A DNA stretch of 62,417 bases from a virus (IMGVR_UViG_3300022871_000020:1-62417); one strand, 5' to 3'. Counted from the first letter of the stretch, positions 40,302 through 50,301 are shown. The notes: generated by a model not told the origin, from the letters alone. Made by a program: numbers and translations.

Positions 40302-40636
40302 ATAGTAAGCATACCAGCCTCGTTCGATTTACAGGATCAGACAAACTTTTTTAATTACTCAAGGATTTTATAAAATTTTAGATTTGACTTTTAAGATTTG
40401 ATGGTTTAACCTTTAAGTTTTAATCGTTGAATTTTAATCTTTGAAATTTAAACTTTAAATGTCAGGCGCTATAATAGCTCCTTGTAATTAGACTTTATGG
40501 GTCTAATACTAGTAATAATCTAATGATTATTACACCATTTAAGTGTTTTCCAAGTATGAGTTGGAAACTGAAGGGCATTTTTTTGGTCAGCCCTTGAAAG
40601 ACCAGTCTGAATTTTAATCCTCGGTATACTCACTAT
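40302..40636 (-). ncRNA. putative large structured RNA with pseudoknot and heptamer tract
   Basis: 14-bp closing helix with G-U pairs favouring the minus strand; H-type pseudoknot; several hairpins; about 12 NNYAAAN units. Confidence 0.7.
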
Positions 40637-40645
40637 ATTATTTTT

Positions 40646-41272
40646 TTAATCAGCAATATTTATCAAAGTCCGGGAGTTTGACTCTGAAAGAATAAAATCT
40701 ATGTTTAATTTAAATTCGTTAATTTTGTGTTCAAGGTCGTTGATTTTACCGGTAATGTCAATAGGGTCAATAATTTTTGGAGCATTACGTTTCAAAAATG
40801 GAGCTGAAATGCTTTCCATTTCGTCAGGCTTGATTTTTGATTTATCTTTATTCAGATTCGCCATCAGTAATGTATCTAGTCTTTCATTAACTGATTCCAT
40901 CAAATATTCGTATTTTTCAGTAATCGATGCTTTTTCTCTTCTCAATCGAACAAATAACTGTTCCCACAATATAATAATATTTTTGAAATCAATTGCTTCT
41001 GTCACTGACATTTCTTCTTCATTAATAGTAATTTTAGTCTGTGTGTTCGACAAAATAATCGCTCTTTTAATAACCATTCGTCGATTAGTCAAATCAATAA
41101 TAGACAAGTGTTCTGCCAATGAATATTTTTTAAACTTGTCAACTTCACCAAATCCTGGAATACTGTCTTCCCCTTTCTGGATGATAATCGGTGTATATTC
41201 GTTAGTTTTTTTTGTGATTCGTTTTTCAAGAAGTTTGCATTCGGCGAGTGCTCGGGTAATTGATATTTCCAT
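40646..41272 (-). CDS. coiled-coil protein (DIP1984-like/related family)
   Basis: MEISITRALAECKLLEKRI...IDP...IDFILSESN; predicted long helices. Confidence 0.65.
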   Translation of the reverse strand: MEISITRALAECKLLEKRITKKTNEYTPIIIQKGEDSIPGFGEVDKFKKYSLAEHLSIIDLTNRRMVIKRAIILSNTQTKITINEEEMSVTEAIDFKNIIILWEQLFVRLRREKASITEKYEYLMESVNERLDTLLMANLNKDKSKIKPDEMESISAPFLKRNAPKIIDPIDITGKINDLEHKINEFKLNIDFILSESNSRTLINIAD

Positions 41273-41377
41273 TTTTAAATTTCCTTTTTTTTGCTAAATT
41301 TTGAATTTTGAAATTTGAAAATAAAGTGTTATACATTAATAATTTATATATAAAAGTTGATATTATTAAAAACCTAT

Positions 41378-42790
41378 TCAACTTTTTTTAAGGAGATCAA
41401 CAACTCTTTCACAAGTCTTATTATAAACTTTACTCCAATGAAGTTTACGATCAATTTTAATTTTAAATATGTTAAATTTTTCTTTTACAAGTTCTGTATT
41501 AAATTCATACGGGAGACATATTCCATTTACATTTTTAAATTCACCAATTGTTACTGGGTGAATATAAACAAATTTAGCAGATGAACTAGGTTCAAATATA
41601 GGTTCATTCATTATATGATTATATAATTTCATTCCACTGATCATATTTTTTAACCGAGCCCATTTCCCTGGAATCCCCACATAATCAGTTTCAAGATTAT
41701 CTACACATTGATTAAATTTAGTATAGAATTTTCCGATTGTGTCGATTAACACTTGTCGTTTATTTTCTGGAAGAATTTCTGCATTCAAAGCAATATTTTC
41801 AATTATTTCTTTTAATAAATCTTGAGTTAATTTTGCAACATTTGATTTGATTACATCTATACCTGTATAGAAAACTTTAGGTTTTTTTAATGGGTTCCCC
41901 TCCTTAATTAACAGTTTGAAAGCGTATCTTTTTTTGGTATCAAGGAACATAATCGATTCCATTAACAACTCTGTTTTAAAGAAAGTTTGATTGTGTTCAG
42001 GTTTAATATTACATCTTGGTAATAAAACATCTTTAGTATAATCAATAATTAAATCATTGATTCCATTCGAAGCTTCAATTGCTTTGTTCCAGAGTTCATC
42101 TGGAGCTAATTGACTTGCATCTTCTTTTGTTGGAATTGTGATGAAGATACTGTCAGTGTTATGAACTACACAAAAATTAGCAATAAAAGTTTGAGTCTGT
42201 GGAATACATAAATCGTACACATAATCATCATAGTCAATTTTGTTAATAATACTTGTTTTCAACGACTTAATATTTTTAAGATTGTCAATTGGTTCTCCCA
42301 AAATTAATAATTCTTTATTATCGTCAATATTAATTATAGGGAGATATTCACATTCTATAGGTTTAATTATATCAAAATCTTTTGTTTTGTTATTGTATTT
42401 TAACAAAGAATGATTATTAGTAATGTCGAGAGTTTTTGTTGGACTTAATGATAATTGAACTAATTTAGTATCTACTTTATGTCTCATAATATATTCAGGA
42501 ACATCAAGAACCATTTTATCAGTTTTAATATCATAAGTTAATATCTTAATTTTATCATCAATAATAAAAATATATTCTTTACCATCTTGATATGTTATTA
42601 TATTACCATAAGATAATAATTCGTCCCACAATTTATCAAATGTTATTGTACAACAACGATTACGATTACTTCTTTTAATAATAGTTTCCGTATATTTAGC
42701 AACACTATCTGAGTACAGCACTTTCTTTAAACGACCTTTAATTTCAACGGTCTTATAAAAGTCTTTTTCTAGAAAATTCTTACTTTGCAT
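41378..42790 (-). CDS. family B DNA polymerase, C-terminal piece (motif C + thumb), with intein
   Basis: LYSD/TDSIF, KKRYA, YTGIDVIKS. Confidence 0.9.
   Translation of the reverse strand: MQSKNFLEKDFYKTVEIKGRLKKVLYSDSVAKYTETIIKRSNRNRCCTITFDKLWDELLSYGNIITYQDGKEYIFIIDDKIKILTYDIKTDKMVLDVPEYIMRHKVDTKLVQLSLSPTKTLDITNNHSLLKYNNKTKDFDIIKPIECEYLPIINIDDNKELLILGEPIDNLKNIKSLKTSIINKIDYDDYVYDLCIPQTQTFIANFCVVHNTDSIFITIPTKEDASQLAPDELWNKAIEASNGINDLIIDYTKDVLLPRCNIKPEHNQTFFKTELLMESIMFLDTKKRYAFKLLIKEGNPLKKPKVFYTGIDVIKSNVAKLTQDLLKEIIENIALNAEILPENKRQVLIDTIGKFYTKFNQCVDNLETDYVGIPGKWARLKNMISGMKLYNHIMNEPIFEPSSSAKFVYIHPVTIGEFKNVNGICLPYEFNTELVKEKFNIFKIKIDRKLHWSKVYNKTCERVVDLLKKS
42158..42706 (-). other. mini-intein (183 aa) in PolB motif C
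   Basis: SVAKYT...ITNNHSL...YVYDL...VVHN/T. Confidence 0.9.
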
Positions 42791-42794
42791 ATAG

Positions 42795-44153
42795 TTAATT
42801 TCCTATTTGATCCTGTGATTTAGTTATATCAAATTCTCGAATTTTGCATCCAGGAAATTCTTCAGTGATAATTTTCTTCTTTCTACGAATTTCTGGTATG
42901 GTGAACATGGGGAACGCACCATCTATTAAATCATAGATTGCTGGTTTGAGTTTACCTGGTTCAGAACGAAGTACACGACCACAAATTTGAATTAATGATT
43001 TCTTTCCAGAAAACAGTGATGCAAGAATCAACCCGCTTAGACGTGACATGTCAAATCCCTTGCCCACCATTTGATAAGTACACACGAGAAGAGTATCATT
43101 TTCTTTATCAATCTCTCGATCAGTACCAGTGAATTTTCTATTTTCAAGTCCTGCATCTGTAAGGCGATCAGAAATCAAATTAACCTGTTTCTTTGTCATA
43201 CATATGATAATTATATTATGACCTTCCGTCCTCATCTTTTGAGAAAGTCTAGCAATCAGATCAAGATAAGCTTCACTCTGTACAAGTATCTTATTATAAT
43301 ATGATTTCTTCTGAATATAATCAGTCATTTTATTCATGACGAAAGTATATTTTTGAAGCCCACTATTATAAAACACAAGATTGTAATTAGGAGTCATTTC
43401 ATATTCTTTTGACTCATATTCAATATTACCAATTGTGTTTTTCATTAGCACTTCAGCACAACCATTATGAAATGGTGTTGCAGATAATCCTAGAACATTA
43501 CGAGTTCGAAAGAAAACACTTACCTTTGCAAACATTTCAGATGATGATGTACAATGTACTTCGTCATAGATAACTAACCCAAATTGAGCTTTATCTATCT
43601 TCTTCATAAATGGATTAAAATTTCTTTTTAATTGAGACCCAAGTGATTGTGTCATAGCAATCGTAAATGGTTTGTCAACATTATAAATCTTTCCACGGAT
43701 TAATCCAATATCATTTTCGGTCAAATTGCCGAACGACATAATTGCAACAATCCATTGCTTTAACAATTCACTATTATCAATAACTATACAAGTTTTTAAT
43801 TTTAATTTAATTGCAAGATAAACAGCTAGAACAGTTTTTCCAGAACCTGGAGGAAGTTTTAAGATTGCGTTAACATATTGTTGTTTAAAGAATAGATCTT
43901 CAACAACTTTAGCAGCTTCTTTTTGAGCAGGACGTAATTTACCACTAAACTTTAAATCAATATGTCCCATAGGAACTTTAACTTTCCCAAAATATTGAAC
44001 CAATTCTGTAGCTGGATAATTATAATAAAACAATCTTGGTAAAAAATAAGTTTTTTCAGTTTTCAATATAATTAGTTCTGACCAATACTCTTGAAATTTG
44101 GGATATTTTCTAAGGTATTGTTCTTCGTGTTCGATTGATAAGTAGCACCACAT
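42795..44153 (-). CDS. SF2 helicase (UvsW/XPB-like)
   Basis: LRPAQ, LPPGSGKT, DEVH, GLSATP, QICGRVLR. Confidence 0.9.
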   Translation of the reverse strand: MWCYLSIEHEEQYLRKYPKFQEYWSELIILKTEKTYFLPRLFYYNYPATELVQYFGKVKVPMGHIDLKFSGKLRPAQKEAAKVVEDLFFKQQYVNAILKLPPGSGKTVLAVYLAIKLKLKTCIVIDNSELLKQWIVAIMSFGNLTENDIGLIRGKIYNVDKPFTIAMTQSLGSQLKRNFNPFMKKIDKAQFGLVIYDEVHCTSSSEMFAKVSVFFRTRNVLGLSATPFHNGCAEVLMKNTIGNIEYESKEYEMTPNYNLVFYNSGLQKYTFVMNKMTDYIQKKSYYNKILVQSEAYLDLIARLSQKMRTEGHNIIIICMTKKQVNLISDRLTDAGLENRKFTGTDREIDKENDTLLVCTYQMVGKGFDMSRLSGLILASLFSGKKSLIQICGRVLRSEPGKLKPAIYDLIDGAFPMFTIPEIRRKKKIITEEFPGCKIREFDITKSQDQIGN

Positions 44154-44159
44154 AATTAA

Positions 44160-45764
44160 TTATCCTTTTTGACTCAATGCAGCATATTGATGTTTGATTA
44201 AATTATCTTTCAGGGCTTTCGACAACTTGTATTTATTCCAACCATTGACATAAGTAACAGATTCAAATCCTTGATTTAACATATTACATTCTTTATAATC
44301 TGTAATATTTTTAATAAATATAGGTACTTTATATTCAACAATCCGATAAAATTTCGTACAAGTTTTGTTTTGAATAAAAATATTCAATATTTCATTTCCA
44401 TCTAAATTAACACTATCAAAATATGTCATATCTTCTGGGATAATATCTACTGTAATTAATTTTGAATCATCAATATTATACTTATTTGTAGAAACTTTAA
44501 TTTCTGGTTGTGTCTGTTTATTAATTGCAGAATCAATTTGTTTATTATTGTCAGCTTGTGAATTTGTTAATTTATTTGCAATTTGATAGATTGCTTGCCA
44601 AGATTTATCATAAACAGGTCTGTTATTATCGTTTCTGATAAGAGAACTAGGATGAATCAATGGAATTACAACGTTATTATTTACAGTTTGGATTGATCCA
44701 CTTTTTTGTGTAATTGAACCTTTTATTCCAAATGATTCCATAGAATGTTTTCCAACTAAAACATAATATTTTGCAGGAAACTTTTTAATAATTTCATCTA
44801 AGAATGGTTTACATTTATTTGCAACAAGTTTAATAGCTTTCTCTGTCTTACCAATATCTTTTTGAGTTGCAGCATTACATTGGATTACATTAGTAATCAC
44901 CCAAGATATTTTTGAATTTAATTGAAACATATTACTTCTGAGTAATTTTCCACTTTTACCAACACACAATTTTTTATACGTCACTTCTTCATTACCAGGA
45001 TTTAACATTATAAACATAAAATCAACAGGTTGAAAGTCTGGAACATTAGTGTCTAATGATATCATAGTTTTACTAAACAATGGACATTTTTCACAAAGTT
45101 GATTCTTCTTCTCTTGCAGTTCAGTTATAAAAGAATAAATATTATCTGGTAGTAATTTACTAATGTGATAATTAATATACTCTTCAATTTTAGCTGTGTC
45201 TACTTGAGGTTTATTCGAATCAATAGTTGATGATAAAGTATTTTCAGAAATACTAAACTTAGTCTTTTCTCCATTTAAAATTTGGTTCATTTTTTGAAGA
45301 TCGTCAATAGTAATTACATTTTTCGAAAACATTAAATATAAATGATTTAATTCTAAATCATTTAAATATTTTCTATTTATTGTTGAATAATATTCTTTTA
45401 ATAGAACTTTAACTTTAGACTTATTTTCGTCTTTAAAATCTTTAGCTTTGAAAAAAAATAATCTATTATGATTATTAGTCTTTAATAAATATTTAACACT
45501 AATTAATATATTTTCAACATCGTATTTATAAAATTCAAACTTACTGTTCATATACTTATTCACATACCATATTATGTATGGATTATTATATGAATATGCA
45601 ATCAATCTCTTAAATAAGAATTGTGGAGAAACATCGTATTTTTCTATCAAGTTTAAAATAATTTTGATATCGTAGTTGTCTTTATTTAAGAATTGAGTTA
45701 ACTCTTTTAAAAATGTTATGAAATTTAATTCAATTTTTTTGATTTGTTTTTTTGGTTTTGCCAT
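44160..45764 (-). CDS. large protein with a central family-4 uracil-DNA glycosylase-like domain
   Basis: CEKCPL, FIMLNPG.EE, VGKSGKLL, ITNVIQC, CKPFL, HPSS. Confidence 0.75.
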   Translation of the reverse strand: MAKPKKQIKKIELNFITFLKELTQFLNKDNYDIKIILNLIEKYDVSPQFLFKRLIAYSYNNPYIIWYVNKYMNSKFEFYKYDVENILISVKYLLKTNNHNRLFFFKAKDFKDENKSKVKVLLKEYYSTINRKYLNDLELNHLYLMFSKNVITIDDLQKMNQILNGEKTKFSISENTLSSTIDSNKPQVDTAKIEEYINYHISKLLPDNIYSFITELQEKKNQLCEKCPLFSKTMISLDTNVPDFQPVDFMFIMLNPGNEEVTYKKLCVGKSGKLLRSNMFQLNSKISWVITNVIQCNAATQKDIGKTEKAIKLVANKCKPFLDEIIKKFPAKYYVLVGKHSMESFGIKGSITQKSGSIQTVNNNVVIPLIHPSSLIRNDNNRPVYDKSWQAIYQIANKLTNSQADNNKQIDSAINKQTQPEIKVSTNKYNIDDSKLITVDIIPEDMTYFDSVNLDGNEILNIFIQNKTCTKFYRIVEYKVPIFIKNITDYKECNMLNQGFESVTYVNGWNKYKLSKALKDNLIKHQYAALSQKG

Positions 45765-45872
45765 AAAAACCCTATATTAGAATCAATATCCTTTAAATAA
45801 AAAATCAGGACTTAGAATATTACTTCTAAATCCTGATTCGGTTTAACTAACTATGGTTACTTAAAATAGATC

Positions 45873-46487
45873 CTAGAGATCTGCCAACATCGCATCAAGA
45901 GTGCTGTCAAGAGCCTGTTTGGCCTTTCCTCCGCCTTTGGAACCGGGCTGGGAATCACTGGGACGGGAAAGACTTTTTAGAATCTTATTCTCGACCTTTT
46001 GAGCAAAGTCCGTCAACGGACTATTGTAATCCGCCTTGACATCCCCTTTCTTTGTTATCCGCTCACCATATGCCTTTTCATCATCGGCTAAGGCTCCATC
46101 AATGGCACTTTTTCTGAGACCTTCTTTCAAAGTCTGCAGAATTCTATTCACCTGATGCTTTGTCAGTCCAATTTTATCTCCCATTTCTTTGTAGCCCATC
46201 GTAGCTACATTCTGTACTACGAATTTGATCTCATCTTTTCCGATGATTTTAGTTGCCAGTCGAACCTGTTTCTTCTTTTCATCAGGAGCAACTTCGACAG
46301 CAGCAGGAGCATCAATAGGAGCAGGGGGAACAGGAGTTCCAGTCGCTGCTACAGGGGGAACGCCTACAGGTGCTGTCTGAGGGGGAGTAGAAGGAGCAGC
46401 AGGAGCAGCTTTGGGAGCAGCTTTGGGAGCAGCAGAAAGAGCAGTTTTGGGAGCAGTGAATGCCGGGGGTGCAGTAAAATCAGTCAT
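45873..46487 (-). CDS. hypothetical Pro/Ala/Lys-rich protein with HTH-like segment
   Basis: AAPKAAPK low-complexity N-terminus; YKEMGDKIGLTKHQVNRIL. Confidence 0.6.
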   Translation of the reverse strand: MTDFTAPPAFTAPKTALSAAPKAAPKAAPAAPSTPPQTAPVGVPPVAATGTPVPPAPIDAPAAVEVAPDEKKKQVRLATKIIGKDEIKFVVQNVATMGYKEMGDKIGLTKHQVNRILQTLKEGLRKSAIDGALADDEKAYGERITKKGDVKADYNSPLTDFAQKVENKILKSLSRPSDSQPGSKGGGKAKQALDSTLDAMLADL

Positions 46488-46498
46488 TTTGTTTTTCC

Positions 46499-48811
46499 TT
46501 ATTTAAGTGGGTTAGGACTTTTATTAGTATCAAGCACCTTGCTCAATACTGTATTGAATGTGAATTTTGGGATTGTCATAATTTGTTTTTTCAATTCCGT
46601 ATTCACAATTACATCTAAAGAATTATTTAATTTTTCTTTTGTGTCAGGCATAGTCACAACATATTCCATGTTGTTCCTAATACATAACTCAAGTTGGTCA
46701 GGATTCATTTCTCCTAACCCTTTAAACCTGGTAATGTGATGACCAGCATATGCTGGTTGTTGAGCTTCTTCGTGTGAATACAATAATTTATATTCATTTT
46801 TTAATTGTACACCAAACAAAGGCGGCAATACTACTGATAAATTTCCGTCTTCGATATAATCTCTTAAGAATCTATAAATTACTAGAATCGCCAAGACACT
46901 AATATGGAGACCATCTGAATTATGTATTATAACTCCGTGTGGACCAATTCCAAAATTATTATTATCTTCAACTTCAAGATCAAACACTTCATCATATTTA
47001 TATGGGATCTGTTCAATCTTTTTAACTTTAACTCCATAAAACCCTGGTAATATATCAATAACAGAAAACTTATTTATTATTCTATCATTGATTTTAGGAA
47101 TCAAAAAGAAATCAGTTCTAATATTAATTGTAGTTGGTGATTTTTCAACTACTCTGTTTTGAATTGAATCAAACACATAAACAACATGGTCATCGGTGAA
47201 TTCTTCCGAATAATTGCCTTCATATGTCATTTTCCATATAGTTTTTTTATCATATGGATGAGAAATTACGTTTAATATCTTTTTAAACTCATGACTGCCA
47301 GTTTTTTTATTCAATGATGATATATAACCAATATTTTTCTTATTCTTAAGATTATAAATATGATCTCTTTGAACTAACCAATTATTATCATAATAATATA
47401 CTAAACTTTCAGCAGATACACTATCAGCATCCGAAATTATCTTGATATGCTTATAACGACGGTTACCGACGGCTCCACAAGCTTCTATCAAATCAGTAAT
47501 TTCTCTATTATTACCAATCTTCTCCATAGTAGCTTTCTGAACGTTTAACACTTTCCCACGAAGGGGGAAAATTGCTTCGTTTTGTACATTTCTAATTTGT
47601 TTCAGTGGACCCAAAGCGGATTCACCTTCAACTATGTACAATGTTTCTCCAGGAGTGTCAATACAGTCCCGAAGTTTGTTTTCTGCCGAAATAATTTTCG
47701 ACTTTTTAAACTTCCCTTTAAATTTCTTTTTTAATAATTTTTCAAGATTACTTTGAATAATATTCAGAGTATCTTGATCTAAAAACCAATCGACCTGGCT
47801 CTGTAATGAATTAATCATTTCAGTAACCCTCAATGTCATCCGTACTTTTGTTTGAGAGTCGAATTTAGGTTCGGGAACAGTCAGACTAATATAACAATTT
47901 AATCCATTTAATAATAGTTTTGGATTAACTCCATTGGTCATCTTACCCAACTTGATTATAATTGATTTTTTTAATAAAGTTAGAAATGTAGTTAGAAATG
48001 TTCCTTCACAATGTCTTAGATTGACATCGCAGAGAATATTTGAATGGTTATCTTCACAATAATTCAAATATAATTCAATTTTTTTATTTTCAGCTTGAAC
48101 AATTTCTAACTTTTTGAAATCTTTTTTAATATTAAGTATATATTTAACATACTCATAAAAAGACCTTTTGGTTAATTGTTTTCCATTGAAATATAAATCA
48201 GATGAATTATATCTAGCTTGAGCTAGCATAAGTCGTTTGACTATACTTTCAAGATTCATTTCAATACTATCGAAATGTTTCTCATAAGGTTGAAATCCTA
48301 TACAGGTAGACCAAGAATCAATATTCTCAGAATCCACATAAGTATTTCTTGATTGTAATACAGCATCGACAAATTGATATTCATGAACAGTATTTCGATC
48401 ATCACGATCTCGTACTTTCACAATCATCCAATTTGATAACGCATTAACCACAACCATTCCAACGCCATGCATACCGATAAGGATTTTGTAATCGTCATTA
48501 TTAAACTTAGACCCAGAATGAGTTTCAGTACATAACAATTCGATAGAATCTCTAATGTTTCCATTAGCATCTTTCATTTGATATGACTTAATTCCTCTTC
48601 CATTGTCTTGCACCCAATACGCACCATCTACAATATTTAATTGAAATAAGTTTGCAAATCCATTACTAACTTCATCAAAGGAGTTATCAATTACTTCTGT
48701 TAGTAATTGTGTTGGTGTGTCTGTGTCTCCAATATACATACCTGGACGAATCCTGATAGCTTCAATTGGAGTTAGAGCTGTGTAAAGCTCTTTTGCACTT
48801 TGATTTGTCAC
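46499..48811 (-). CDS. gyrB: type IIA topoisomerase subunit B (GyrB/ParE-like), with intein
   Basis: IRIRPGMYIG, EVIDNSFDE, DNGRG, IVEGESA, PLRGK, DAD/SDG.HI, RFKGLGEM; probable GTG start at 48811. Confidence 0.93.
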   Translation of the reverse strand: MTNQSAKELYTALTPIEAIRIRPGMYIGDTDTPTQLLTEVIDNSFDEVSNGFANLFQLNIVDGAYWVQDNGRGIKSYQMKDANGNIRDSIELLCTETHSGSKFNNDDYKILIGMHGVGMVVVNALSNWMIVKVRDRDDRNTVHEYQFVDAVLQSRNTYVDSENIDSWSTCIGFQPYEKHFDSIEMNLESIVKRLMLAQARYNSSDLYFNGKQLTKRSFYEYVKYILNIKKDFKKLEIVQAENKKIELYLNYCEDNHSNILCDVNLRHCEGTFLTTFLTLLKKSIIIKLGKMTNGVNPKLLLNGLNCYISLTVPEPKFDSQTKVRMTLRVTEMINSLQSQVDWFLDQDTLNIIQSNLEKLLKKKFKGKFKKSKIISAENKLRDCIDTPGETLYIVEGESALGPLKQIRNVQNEAIFPLRGKVLNVQKATMEKIGNNREITDLIEACGAVGNRRYKHIKIISDADSVSAESLVYYYDNNWLVQRDHIYNLKNKKNIGYISSLNKKTGSHEFKKILNVISHPYDKKTIWKMTYEGNYSEEFTDDHVVYVFDSIQNRVVEKSPTTINIRTDFFLIPKINDRIINKFSVIDILPGFYGVKVKKIEQIPYKYDEVFDLEVEDNNNFGIGPHGVIIHNSDGLHISVLAILVIYRFLRDYIEDGNLSVVLPPLFGVQLKNEYKLLYSHEEAQQPAYAGHHITRFKGLGEMNPDQLELCIRNNMEYVVTMPDTKEKLNNSLDVIVNTELKKQIMTIPKFTFNTVLSKVLDTNKSPNPLK
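46919..47422 (-). other. mini-intein (168 aa) in the TOPRIM DxD motif
   Basis: SVSAES...FTDDH...VFDLEVEDNNNF...IIHN/S. Confidence 0.9.
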
Positions 48812-48939
48812 ATTTTGTCTCCTTTTTACAAAAAAAAGTAAAAATAAAATTATTTTTTGCAAATACTTTGGTCTATAGTTTAATAATTTATATATCAAAT
48901 ATGACAATATTAAAAATCACCAATAAATTAAAATTAAAA

Positions 48940-49830
48940 TTAGATAACAGTATTGGATATGATCATAGGAAAAATAAATATCTTTTTATAAAGATCTGGA
49001 TTTACGGAAACGTTTAAGTTGAAATTAACATATTTTCCTTCATAATTCATTATTTTTCTATCGACTATATAATAGTCAGTTAAATATTTTTGTAGATTAT
49101 TGTGTTTGAGTATTTTAAAAAAAGTACTCGAATATATTTTATTAATATGTGTAATATCATACTCATTTTTTAATATGATATTGTACATTATTTTTTTTAA
49201 TTCTTTAGCAATATATTTATGTTGCCCTTTCACTACAAAGCTGTCTATATCTAAATTTTTACCCAATAAGAATGACGTGCGATTACATCGAATATATTTA
49301 GAATAGTAATCAATATGGAAAGAGAAATTGTTTTTCACAATATATTGTGTGAATTTATTTTCTGAATAATATATATTGTTCAATCGGTCTATAGTTTGTT
49401 TAGAGCAACCTATCAGACAACCGTCTTTCTTTAATTCGAAGATATCTATTTGTGATTTTTCAAGTTCATTATCTGTGTCAAATATTATTCCAAGAATAAT
49501 TATTTTACACATCCTATTCAATTGTCTTAATGCTTCTCCTTTTAAAGTTGTTGCTATTATTATGTTCTTCGATTTCTTATTCGAAGCATTATTGACAGCA
49601 TTTATAAATTCTGTATTTGAGTAAAGTACTTGACATAATGTAGGGAATGCACTTTTAATATCAATATCAATAATATAATTAGTATTATTTCCGATTGCAT
49701 TAACTATGTTGTTTTGACTATCTGCCATATACCATGAAATTTTATTTCCTATCGAACAAAGTTCTGAATACGTTGGAGAAGGAGTAATTTCATTAAAATA
49801 TAATTTTGACAACTCATCATAAAAAGACAT
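48940..49830 (-). CDS. small polymerase-palm-like protein
   Basis: IIDIDIKSAFPTL (motif A-like) and ELKKDG (motif C-like). Confidence 0.45.
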   Translation of the reverse strand: MSFYDELSKLYFNEITPSPTYSELCSIGNKISWYMADSQNNIVNAIGNNTNYIIDIDIKSAFPTLCQVLYSNTEFINAVNNASNKKSKNIIIATTLKGEALRQLNRMCKIIILGIIFDTDNELEKSQIDIFELKKDGCLIGCSKQTIDRLNNIYYSENKFTQYIVKNNFSFHIDYYSKYIRCNRTSFLLGKNLDIDSFVVKGQHKYIAKELKKIMYNIILKNEYDITHINKIYSSTFFKILKHNNLQKYLTDYYIVDRKIMNYEGKYVNFNLNVSVNPDLYKKIFIFPMIISNTVI

Positions 49831-49896
49831 ATAAATATACTCCAGTTTAAAATTTTAAATTCAACATTTTTATATATAAATATAATAACTAATCAA

Positions 49897-49924
49897 TTGA
49901 CATCAATTTGTTAATTATTATATT
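49897..49924 (+). promoter_or_regulatory. sigma70-like promoter for the plus-strand cluster
   Basis: TTGACA-16nt-TATATT. Confidence 0.4.
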
Positions 49925-49944
49925 TGTATATAAAAGGAGAGAAT

Positions 49945-50301
49945 ATGAAGTGTCTAAGATGTTCATACTGTTGTACGATGTACGACGTAATAATCATTGC
50001 CCCAAATAGGGTAACAGTAAATCTTGATCTAACAGATGAAAGTGTATATATGCATAAACCAACAGGATTCAAATGCCCTCATTTAACTTTCGTTGATGGT
50101 AAAGCACATTGCCGAATACATCAGTTCTCATGGTTTAAAGATTCTCCATGCGATCAATTTACACAAGTTGAAAATGGAGATACTAACTGCCGTATTGGCG
50201 AGTATATGTTAAATAAAAAGAACGCTGACATATATAAAAAAGTCTTAAACAAACCAGAATTTGCCGAGGCCAAAAAAAAAGGAGAAAATATAAATTTATG
50301 A
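49945..50301 (+). CDS. YkgJ-like Cys-cluster protein
   Basis: CLRCSYCC, CPHL, CRIH, PC. Confidence 0.7.
   Translation: MKCLRCSYCCTMYDVIIIAPNRVTVNLDLTDESVYMHKPTGFKCPHLTFVDGKAHCRIHQFSWFKDSPCDQFTQVENGDTNCRIGEYMLNKKNADIYKKVLNKPEFAEAKKKGENINL

Noticed and set aside
40370-40459. CRISPR or tandem guide array
   Set aside because: Units are degenerate 7-mers without spacers, and no cas genes are present
40701-41297. Long plus-strand ORFs (also 46155-46739, 7871-8248 and the minus-strand 51226-51780)
   Set aside because: Antisense shadows of well-supported genes; no RBS or motifs
48940-49830. Reverse transcriptase / DGR
   Set aside because: No YxDD or QG motifs, and no TR/VR pair with A-specific mismatches seen
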